Shown in pieces: positions 7,508-14,073 of a DNA stretch of 20,000 bases. Position 1 is the stretch's first letter, and every line of letters starts with the position of its first letter. The DNA is from an uncultured virus (IMG/VR IMGVR_UViG_3300037467_002622). Its lineage: Duplodnaviria; Heunggongvirae; Uroviricota; Caudoviricetes. The translations under genes and the position numbers were made by a program. The notes under the pieces were generated by a model. It was not told where the DNA came from and made no database searches. It saw nothing but the letters and a program-made list of their open reading frames with translations. Where the stretch lies: the IMG/VR virus record IMGVR_UViG_3300037467_002622. One strand, 5' to 3'.

Positions 7508-7975
7508 ATGAAGCTGCTGGACCCCTTGCGCCACCTGTTCACCTATCGGACCCGGGGCCGGTACGTCGTGCTCATGGCCACCTGCCAGGACCGTCACGCG
7601 CTGGTCCTGCTGATGGTCCTGCACCGGGGGATCTCCTACGAGGTCTACAACTCGATGCACGCCAGCCGGGAGCCGGTGCAGTTCGACCACTACGAGCCCG
7701 CCCTGCGGTACATGTTCCCGCGCTCGATCGAGGCGGCCCAGACGCCGGAGAACCAGCGCCTGCGCCGCTGGGCCCAGGGGAACGCCGAGGACGAGCTGAT
7801 CTTCCGGGGCGAGATCGCCGCCCCCTTCCGCCCACGCGCGGGCGGCGAGGAGCAGAGCGACGAGCACCTGAAGACCGCGATCATCGCTCTGGGTGGTGTC
7901 GGTACCGACCGGGCGGCCGCGCTGGCCATGGAGATCCACCGGGGGATGGAGCGCCGCCGCAAGGAGCTGCCGTGA
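7508..7975 (+). CDS. Hypothetical protein (155 aa)
   Basis: RBS GAGGAG; codon bias. Confidence 0.8.
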   Translation: MKLLDPLRHLFTYRTRGRYVVLMATCQDRHALVLLMVLHRGISYEVYNSMHASREPVQFDHYEPALRYMFPRSIEAAQTPENQRLRRWAQGNAEDELIFRGEIAAPFRPRAGGEEQSDEHLKTAIIALGGVGTDRAAALAMEIHRGMERRRKELP

Positions 7976-8130
7976 AGGCCACCTGCCGCCTCTGCGGGAT
8001 GCCCTTCGAGGGCGAGCCCGCCGTGGTGCGCGAAGAAGTCGCCGAGCACTTCACGCGCGGCGAGCACCTGCCCGCCGGGACCCGCTGGCCCTTCCGCGAA
8101 GAGGACCGGCCAAGCTGTTGCCCTACCTGA
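7972..8130 (+). CDS. Small C2H2-like zinc-finger protein (52 aa, MKATCRLCG...EHFTRGEH...); not in the ORF track
   Basis: GTGA coupling; RBS AAGGAG; translated by hand to TGA at 8128-8130. Confidence 0.62.
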   Translation: MKATCRLCGMPFEGEPAVVREEVAEHFTRGEHLPAGTRWPFREEDRPSCCPT

Positions 8131-8170
8131 ACGAGTAGACTACCCTTCTGGGTAGTATCCGCACTGGAGG
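8123..8170 (+). promoter_or_regulatory. Tandem operator copies (degenerate 8123-8138; CTACCCTTCTGGGTAG 8140-8155) abutting the extended RBS (8159-8170)
   Basis: -10 TAGTAT (8153-8158) is directly followed by CCGCACTGGAGG. Confidence 0.72.
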
Positions 8171-8179
8171 AGGAATCCT

Positions 8180-8446
8180 TTGCCCAGCGAAGAAATCAAG
8201 GCCGTCAAGTTCACCTGCGGCGGCTGTGGTGCCACCGCGATCGTCGAGCAGGGCGCCCGGCCCGAGGGCTACCACGGCCGCATCGAACTGGCGACCATCA
8301 AGGGTGAGACCGGCGGCGAGGTCTACGCCTGCCGCAAGGCCTGCATCCGCGCAGCGGTGCTCAACGCCACCGGCGGCAGCAACACCGACCTGCCCGAGCC
8401 CGCCGAGAGCGACGAGCCCGACTTCATCCCGGGACCGACCCGATGA
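8180..8446 (+). CDS. Small CxxC...CxxxC protein (88 aa)
   Basis: TTG start after GGAGGAGG. Confidence 0.75.
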   Translation: MPSEEIKAVKFTCGGCGATAIVEQGARPEGYHGRIELATIKGETGGEVYACRKACIRAAVLNATGGSNTDLPEPAESDEPDFIPGPTR

Positions 8447-8628
8447 GCGTCCTGCGGGTGGAGATCCGCCAGGGCAACGCCGCCTTCGCTCAGGACGCCG
8501 ACCGGGAGACCGCGAGCATCCTGCGCAAGCTGGCCGACCGGATCGAGTCGGGCGACGCCTATCGCGGCGTGCTCCACGACGGCCACGGCGGCCCCTGCGG
8601 GGGATACGAGTTCAGCGAGGAGGACTGA
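8443..8628 (+). CDS. Conserved small phage protein (NAAF...E...ILRKLADRIE type, 61 aa)
   Basis: ATGA and TGATG coupling on both sides; familiar motif. Confidence 0.8.
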   Translation: MSVLRVEIRQGNAAFAQDADRETASILRKLADRIESGDAYRGVLHDGHGGPCGGYEFSEED

Positions 8629-9209
8629 TGCCTGAGGACGCCCTGTTCATGGGCCGCTACCCGGCCCGCTCGCGCGTGCGCAGCGACCTGGTGAGCACGC
8701 TGCTCGCCGGACGCCAGGAGGGCAAGACCACCCGGCTGATCGAATGGCTGCTCCAGGGCGAGCGGATCGACTCGTGGCCAAGCTGGAGCCGGGTCCTGAT
8801 CGTCGCGGAGGCCCGGCAGATCGAGCCCATCCGGAGCAACTACACGGCGGCCGACCAGCAACTGCGTGAGCAGGGCTGCGTGGGCGGGCTGGGCAAGGTC
8901 GTCCTGAGCGTGGGCAGCTATTCCCTCCACCGCCTGCGGCTGTCCGACGTCGAGGTGGCGGTGGACAACGCCGAGGACCTGATCACCCAGCAGCTCGGCT
9001 TCCGGCCGGACGTGGTCTCGATGACCGGCGCTCTGTTCGGGGCTGATGTGGCCCACACACCGCGCAAGGACGCCAAGGGCGTCCTGCACCTCTGGTACCC
9101 GATCGACCGCCAGTGGGGCCACGTGGGCCGCAAGATCGGGCCCTGTGCGGACCAGGAGTGCCCGGACTTCGGCCGGGATTCGGCCGGGCATCGGCTGGAG
9201 GAACAGTGA
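8628..9209 (+). CDS. Degenerate/minimal P-loop NTPase-like protein (193 aa)
   Basis: Walker A-like AGRQEGKTT, strand VLIV, Walker B-like VAVDNAE. Confidence 0.62.
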   Translation: MPEDALFMGRYPARSRVRSDLVSTLLAGRQEGKTTRLIEWLLQGERIDSWPSWSRVLIVAEARQIEPIRSNYTAADQQLREQGCVGGLGKVVLSVGSYSLHRLRLSDVEVAVDNAEDLITQQLGFRPDVVSMTGALFGADVAHTPRKDAKGVLHLWYPIDRQWGHVGRKIGPCADQECPDFGRDSAGHRLEEQ

Positions 9210-9234
9210 CCGACGAGCGCGCGAGGAGGCGTCG

Positions 9235-9567
9235 ATGAGCGGCTCGATCGATCCGCAGCCGCGCCGGACCTGGGTATCCCACGACCCCCAGAGCAAGATC
9301 CGGTGTCACCTGGGCATGAGCGGCCGCGTTGCCCTCGGCGAGGTCTACAACCACTTCGTCGAGCACTACCCCGACGTCGACTTCTGGAACATCGAGTGGT
9401 CGGCCGCCTCGGTCACCTGGGAGGACGAGCCCACCGAGGAGGAGAGCAAGAAGCGAGCCGAGTGGGGCAGCAAGCAGCGCGAGCGCACCGAGGAGTGGGA
9501 GCGCAAGACCTTCGCCCGGCTCAAGGCCAAGTTCGAACCCGATTCCGCACAGGAGGAACCCACATGA
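9235..9567 (+). CDS. Hypothetical protein (110 aa)
   Basis: RBS GAGGAGG; ATGA coupling to the next gene. Confidence 0.75.
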   Translation: MSGSIDPQPRRTWVSHDPQSKIRCHLGMSGRVALGEVYNHFVEHYPDVDFWNIEWSAASVTWEDEPTEEESKKRAEWGSKQRERTEEWERKTFARLKAKFEPDSAQEEPT

Positions 9568-10322
9568 TCAAGACCACCGATGTCCAGCCCACCGCGCTGG
9601 ATGTCAAGGTGCCCATCGGCGAGATCGTCGTCACCGTCCAGGAAGGCCTGAAGTACGGCTCCGTCGTGCTGGAGCCGATCCAGCACGACGACGAGGACGC
9701 CGCCTGGATGATCGAGAACGCCAAGATCGTGACCGCCGGGAGCAAGCTGGTGGTGGACATCCCGGCGAAGTCCTACGAGGGCGTGGTCGTCCACGGCGGC
9801 CGCAGTTCGGTCGTCATCGGGCGCGGCAACATCGTGATCGGCAACAACATCCGGATGCAGGGGAACTACGTCTCCGGCGGGGGCGCCATCCACATCGGCA
9901 GCTCGGGCGTGCGCGCGAAGATCGCCATCCCCTCGGGGGTCAGCGCGAAGCTGCGCGGCGAGGACACCGACGTCCGCGTGGTCGGCATGCTCGCCGCGCT
10001 GGACGTGCGCACGACGAACGGGAACATCGGCTCGGGCCAGCACCAGGAAGAGGTCGAGGTCGAGTCCACCAACGGCTCGATCTACCTGGAGTCGGTCGGG
10101 CGCGCCGAGGTGCACTCGACGAACGGCAGCATCACGGTCCAGCGGGTTCTCGGCAAGACCAAGCTGCGCGCCACCAACGGCAGCATCGACGCGGTCACCC
10201 AGACGGACAAGTTCACCGCGCGCACCACGAACGGCTCGTGCCGCGTCATCGCCGACGGTGTCCAGCTCGACGACGACGCGGTGAGCACGACCAACGGGCG
10301 CCGCAGCCTCATCCGGCGCTGA
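9564..10322 (+). CDS. DUF4097/putative-adhesin beta-strand repeat protein (252 aa)
   Basis: Six (T/S/A)TNG repeats about 16-20 aa apart. ATG follows CCGCACAGGAGG (9545-9556). No signal peptide is apparent. Confidence 0.85.
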   Translation: MIKTTDVQPTALDVKVPIGEIVVTVQEGLKYGSVVLEPIQHDDEDAAWMIENAKIVTAGSKLVVDIPAKSYEGVVVHGGRSSVVIGRGNIVIGNNIRMQGNYVSGGGAIHIGSSGVRAKIAIPSGVSAKLRGEDTDVRVVGMLAALDVRTTNGNIGSGQHQEEVEVESTNGSIYLESVGRAEVHSTNGSITVQRVLGKTKLRATNGSIDAVTQTDKFTARTTNGSCRVIADGVQLDDDAVSTTNGRRSLIRR

Positions 10323-10332
10323 GAGGGAGATC

Positions 10333-11019
10333 ATGAAGCACTTCTACGACCTGGAGTTCCTGGAGAACGGCCACACCATCGAGCTGATCTCCATCGGCAT
10401 CGTCTCCGACGACGGCAGCGAGTACTACGCGGTCAACTCCGACATCCAGACCGACAAGGATCTGCACGAGCGGATCTCCGAGCACGACTTCCTGGCCAAG
10501 GAGGTGATCAAGCACCTCCCGCTGGTCGACGACCACAAGGTGGCCGAGCAGCTGAAGGCGGCGGCCATGAGCAAGCGCACTCCGTACTTCGAGCCGTCGA
10601 GCAGGCAGTACACCGATGACGCGACCCGGCTGGACTGGGAGCTGGACATGACCGACATCGACGTCAAGCCGAAGTGGGTCATCGCCAACGAGGTGCAGAA
10701 GTACTTCCTCAACCGGCTCGACCACGGCATCCATGACCCGGAGATGGACGACGAGGGCGAGGTCGAGCTGTGGGCGAACTACGGCGCCTACGACCACGTG
10801 GGCTTGATGCAGCTCTGGGGCCCGATGATCAAGCGGCCGAAGAACCTGCCGATGTTCACCCACGACCTTCAGCACTTCGCACACGAGATCGGCTTCTCGC
10901 GTGCCGACTTCCCGGAGCAGGAGGCGGCCAAGCACGACGCGCTGGCCGACGCCCGGCACAACCAGCTCATCTGGTCGTTCCTGGACGCCCAGCGGCGCCG
11001 TCAGGAGGTCGGCGTCTGA
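10333..11019 (+). CDS. DEDDh 3'-5' exoribonuclease, RNase AS (Rv2179c/DUF5051)-like (228 aa)
   Basis: FYDLEFLENG.TIELISIGIV.DDG.EYYAV; LWANYGAYDHV.LMQLWG.M; HDALADAR. Confidence 0.92.
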   Translation: MKHFYDLEFLENGHTIELISIGIVSDDGSEYYAVNSDIQTDKDLHERISEHDFLAKEVIKHLPLVDDHKVAEQLKAAAMSKRTPYFEPSSRQYTDDATRLDWELDMTDIDVKPKWVIANEVQKYFLNRLDHGIHDPEMDDEGEVELWANYGAYDHVGLMQLWGPMIKRPKNLPMFTHDLQHFAHEIGFSRADFPEQEAAKHDALADARHNQLIWSFLDAQRRRQEVGV

Positions 11020-11336
11020 TGGCCTACCCGTTCCGCGAGGACTGGGTCAGGAAGGCCCTGGAGGAGAAGGACACCCTCCCGGTCTCGCACGCGGTCGCGC
11101 TCGGGTCGATCGCCTGGCACGCCTACGTGGCGACCGGACGCCAGTGCACGCTGGAGCGCGCCGCCGAAGCGGCGGAGATCGCCTACGAGGTCTTCCGCGA
11201 CGAGAAGGTCACGGTGCTCAGCTACCTCCAGATGATCGAGTACACCGAGGCGCTGATCGAAGAGCACTTGCGCAATACTGCCCATTCGGGTAGTGTGGAA
11301 CAGACAGGCGGGGAGCAAGACCCCGCATCCTCGTAA
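11019..11336 (+). CDS. Hypothetical protein (105 aa)
   Basis: TGATG coupling; the 3' end overlaps a promoter/operator. Confidence 0.7.
   Translation: MAYPFREDWVRKALEEKDTLPVSHAVALGSIAWHAYVATGRQCTLERAAEAAEIAYEVFRDEKVTVLSYLQMIEYTEALIEEHLRNTAHSGSVEQTGGEQDPASS
11268..11296 (+). promoter_or_regulatory. SigA-type promoter with operator variant CTGCCCATTCGGGTAG (11278-11293), likely driving the RNA cluster
   Basis: -35 TTGCGC, 17-bp spacer, -10 TAGTGT. CCGCACTGGAGG at 11393-11404. Confidence 0.72.
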
Positions 11337-11412
11337 CGGATCGGGGGCCCGCGCCGACTTCGGAGCAGGCCCCCGGCCACGAGACCACTTCACCGCACTG
11401 GAGGTGACCCCC

Positions 11413-11511
11413 ATGGGGTTCAAGATCAACGTCAAGACCGACGCCGAGGCCCAGGAAGAGCTGAACGAGATGCTGGGTAAGTGGCGGGACGACTGCCGCA
11501 AGGGAACGTAA
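11413..11511 (+). CDS. Micro-protein (32 aa, MGFKINVKTDAEAQEELNEMLGKWRDDCRKGT)
   Basis: ATG lies 8 nt after the extended RBS; GC3-rich codons; stops 9 nt before the tRNA-like element. Confidence 0.6.
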   Translation: MGFKINVKTDAEAQEELNEMLGKWRDDCRKGT

Positions 11512-11520
11512 GATCCAACC

Positions 11521-11623
11521 GGGGATGTAGCTCAGTTCGGAGAGAGCACGGTGTGGGTAACGGCCAGCGCGCAGGCCCAGTCCCTGTGATCCGAGGTCGG
11601 TGGTTCAAATCCACTCATCCCCA
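11521..11623 (+). ncRNA. tRNA-like RNA with expanded (45-nt) anticodon arm
   Basis: Acceptor GGGGATG/CATCCCC-A; D arm GCTC-AGTTCGGAGA-GAGC; AGGTC variable loop; T arm GGTGG-TTCAAAT-CCACT. The anticodon arm (11549-11593) is 28 nt longer than canonical. Confidence 0.8.
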
Positions 11624-11723
11624 CGGTCTCGTAAGTCGGCGGGGATGCCCGTGGTCGGCGCGAGATAGCTGGAAACCGTGAGGTCCGGTGGCCGGGCGGG
11701 GACACCCGTCCGGTCTGGCCTAC

Positions 11724-11795
11724 AGGGGTGTAGCTCAGCGGAAGAGCAGCCGTCTCCAAAGCGGCCGGTCGGGGGTTCGATCCCCTCCACCCCTG
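11724..11795 (+). tRNA. trnW: tRNA-Trp (CCA), 3' CCA not encoded
   Basis: AGGGGTG/CACCCCT-G; D arm GCTC/GAGC; anticodon arm GCCGT-CTCCAAA-GCGGC; T arm GGGGG-TTCGATC-CCCTC. Confidence 0.95.
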
Positions 11796-11938
11796 CGGCG
11801 GATGCCCGCACGCACCCTGGCGTGCAACCGGTTAGTCCCGGTCATGGGGCATCGGGAGGCCAACTCCAGGCACGGCGCGTTGCGATCCACCTGGAGCAAG
11901 ATCCCGGTGCGGCCGAGGGTTTACGGCCCCCGCGTTCT

Positions 11939-12018
11939 GGTGGTGCAGGAAGAGCGGTTCAACCCCGACGGCCTGCTGAAGAGGCCTCTTCAGCCGAGTT
12001 CGAGCCTCGGCACCACCC
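11939..12018 (+). ncRNA. Second atypical tRNA-like RNA (possible pseudo-tRNA)
   Basis: Acceptor GGTGGTG/CACCACC; T arm CCGAG-TTCGAGC-CTCGG; 5-bp stem GGCCT/AGGCC with non-canonical loop GCTGAAG; irregular D region. Confidence 0.62.
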
Positions 12019-12252
12019 CGGACCGAGATGACCAGCTGGACGACGTCGTGGCGCTGATGGGTGATAGGCGTCCCACCAGGCGAAGTCCAGCCCCTGCGGG
12101 GAAGCGGCGCGATCTCGGAGTCACCCAGCGCGCAGGGCGTAGAGCCGGAGGATGTCTCCGGACAGGGCGAGTTGCGGCCTGCGATTGATCACCTGCGCGC
12201 ACCTCTCGGCCGCACCTGGGCGGCCGAAGGAACCACACCGGAGGAGCACTAC

Positions 12253-12564
12253 ATGATCAACTCTTCGTGGCAGAAGTCTGTCCTGAGCGAGCCCAATGGC
12301 GGATCCTGCGTCGAGATCCAGCGAGGTCCGGACGGCGTCCGGGTGCGAGACACCAAGCTGGGCCCGGACAGCCCAGTCCTGTACTTCACCGACCTCGAAT
12401 GGGAGTGCCACCTCCTGGCGGTCAAGGGCGGCCAGCACGACCTTCCCGACAGCGACCGCGTGAGCGTGCTCGCCAACGCGATCAGTGCGCTGTCCGACGT
12501 CGAGATGCTGGAGCTGAGCGCCACCATCAAGACGCGCACGATGGAGCTGCTGCTGCGCGGCTGA
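12253..12564 (+). CDS. DUF397 (BldB/Scr2-like) protein with C-terminal extension (103 aa)
   Basis: WQKS..S...GGSCVEI....GVRVRDTK.....VLYF...EW...L.AVK.G; RBS variant CCACACCGGAGG (12233-12244). Confidence 0.9.
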   Translation: MINSSWQKSVLSEPNGGSCVEIQRGPDGVRVRDTKLGPDSPVLYFTDLEWECHLLAVKGGQHDLPDSDRVSVLANAISALSDVEMLELSATIKTRTMELLLRG

Positions 12565-12576
12565 CCGGCACCGACT

Positions 12577-12615
12577 TCACGCCCCGGGACCTCCCTGCCC
12601 GGGGCGTGATCTTTT
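12577..12615 (+). terminator. Intrinsic terminator
   Basis: TCACGCCCCGGG/CCCGGGGCGTGA stem followed by TCTTTT. Confidence 0.78.
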
Positions 12616-12677
12616 GTCCACGTTTTGTCATCCCGGTGATAGGTTTCTGTCAATAATTGCCCGCACCGGAGGTGATC

Positions 12678-12995
12678 ATGTCCTGGATTCACCACTCTCT
12701 GCTTCACCTGAACATCGACTTCAATCCGCTGCATCACCCGTTCCCCTGGCTCGTCTCAGTCGGCAACGTGACCTCGGTGCTGTTCACCCGGCGAGGCAAG
12801 ATCGCGGGCTGGTGGATTCTCGCGGCCGCGCAGCTGATCTTCATCGCGCACAGCGTCACTACGCCAACCGACACCGGCTTCATCCTGGGCAACCTGACCA
12901 TGCTGGTCGTGGCGCTGGACTCGGTCCGGGACTGGCGGACCCGCAAGAGCGGCCGCCTTCCGCAGCATCTGGAAGAGCCAGTCGCGCCGCGCTGA
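12678..12995 (+). CDS. Small 3-TM membrane protein, PnuC-like (105 aa)
   Basis: Three hydrophobic segments with a RRGKIAGWW...Q.IFI...GF pattern, as in phage PnuC-like proteins. CCGCACCGGAGG at 12661-12672. Confidence 0.68.
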   Translation: MSWIHHSLLHLNIDFNPLHHPFPWLVSVGNVTSVLFTRRGKIAGWWILAAAQLIFIAHSVTTPTDTGFILGNLTMLVVALDSVRDWRTRKSGRLPQHLEEPVAPR

Positions 12996-13006
12996 TCAGC
13001 GACTGC

Positions 13007-13041
13007 TTGCACCCACCCTACCCAATCGGGTAGGGTGGGTG
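13007..13041 (+). promoter_or_regulatory. SigA-type promoter with extended 14-bp-arm palindrome CACCCACCCTACCC-AATC-GGGTAGGGTGGGTG
   Basis: -35 TTGCAC, 18-bp spacer, -10 TAGGGT. CCGCACCGGAGG at 13053-13064. Confidence 0.78.
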
Positions 13042-13069
13042 TATCACATCGACCGCACCGGAGGTCCTC

Positions 13070-13750
13070 ATGGCCGAGAACCCGTACCTCGACTTCTACG
13101 AGCGCCGCCAGCACCACCAGCAGGTGTGCGATCAGGCCCGGAAGCATAGCTTCGACGGCAGCCGCCCCTCGCGTTGGCAGACCTGCCAGTGCAAGGGCAG
13201 CACGGCCTCGGTCGCCGAGCCCACCAAGAAGTTCTCCTGGGCCATCCCGAACGAGAAGGCCTTGACCACGATCGCCGAGCACTCGCCGAACGGCGTGGTG
13301 GAGATCGGCGCGGGGGGCGGCTACTGGACGAAGATGCTGCGCGAGCGTGGCGTGGACGTCATCGCCTACGACCCGGCGCCGCACGTCTCGGACTGGCACG
13401 AGGGGGCGTGGACGGAGGTCCTGCTGGGCGACCACACCGCCGTCATCGGGCACTCGAACCGCACGCTGCTGACCGTCTGGCCGGAGTACGAGGCGACCTG
13501 GTCGCACCAGATGATCGAGCTGTTCGAGGGTGAGAAGGTCGTCTACGTCGGCGAGGGCTGGGGCGGCTGCACCGGCGACGACCGGTTCCACCAGCTGCTC
13601 GGCGGCGTCGGCTGCACCTGCTGGGCCAGCGAAGAGGACTGCACCTGCGACCTGAGCGCGGCGCTCTTCAAGGAAGTCGCCACGGTCGGCATCCCGCAGT
13701 GGGCCGGGATCCACGACTACCTGACCATCTACCAGCGCCTGGAGGCCTGA
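13070..13750 (+). CDS. Class I SAM-dependent methyltransferase-like protein (226 aa)
   Basis: Motif I VVEIGAGGGYW, strand DVIAYD, LLTVWP and VVYVGE..GGCTG. Confidence 0.85.
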   Translation: MAENPYLDFYERRQHHQQVCDQARKHSFDGSRPSRWQTCQCKGSTASVAEPTKKFSWAIPNEKALTTIAEHSPNGVVEIGAGGGYWTKMLRERGVDVIAYDPAPHVSDWHEGAWTEVLLGDHTAVIGHSNRTLLTVWPEYEATWSHQMIELFEGEKVVYVGEGWGGCTGDDRFHQLLGGVGCTCWASEEDCTCDLSAALFKEVATVGIPQWAGIHDYLTIYQRLEA

Positions 13751-14073
13751 TGACCGATTTCCTGCCCGAGCTGCCCGAGGGCTACCACTGGCAGCTGATC
13801 ACCGAAGACCGCCGGGACTGTACCGCCGAGTACATGGCCGAGCCAGACGCCGTCGAGGCCCGGCTGTGGTGCGACAACGGCGACGCCGTCGTGGTGCTCA
13901 AGCGGACCGGTGACTTCGGATATTGGGGTCCGAACGGCGTGGGCGGGGAGGGTGGCTTGCGCAAGTGGGTCATCGAGGGCCAGGCGCCGCAGGGCCTGTA
14001 CGACTGGGAGCAGTTCGAGACCCTGTCCCAGATTACTCACCGTATCGATCTGCCCACCGAGGAGAACGCGTGA
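13750..14073 (+). CDS. Hypothetical protein (107 aa)
   Basis: TGATG coupling; RBS GGAGG. Confidence 0.75.
   Translation: MTDFLPELPEGYHWQLITEDRRDCTAEYMAEPDAVEARLWCDNGDAVVVLKRTGDFGYWGPNGVGGEGGLRKWVIEGQAPQGLYDWEQFETLSQITHRIDLPTEENA

Noticed and set aside
11521..11623. tmRNA or group I intron-containing tRNA
   Set aside because: There is no G3:U70 pair, a full D arm is present, there is no tag ORF, and the insert is only 28 nt.
11379..11632. 8-bp inverted repeat ACGAGACC/GGTCTCGT flanking the micro-ORF and tRNA mimic
   Set aside because: Too short to distinguish from chance, and it competes with local stems.
11939..12018. tRNA-Sec (TTCAA string plus long arm)
   Set aside because: The TCA triplet is not in a properly closed anticodon loop, the acceptor is 7 bp rather than 8, and no sel genes are present.
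11688..12188. ORFs 11678-12031 and 11688-12188 across the RNA cluster
   Set aside because: They overlap the tRNA-Trp gene, lack an RBS and show no codon bias.
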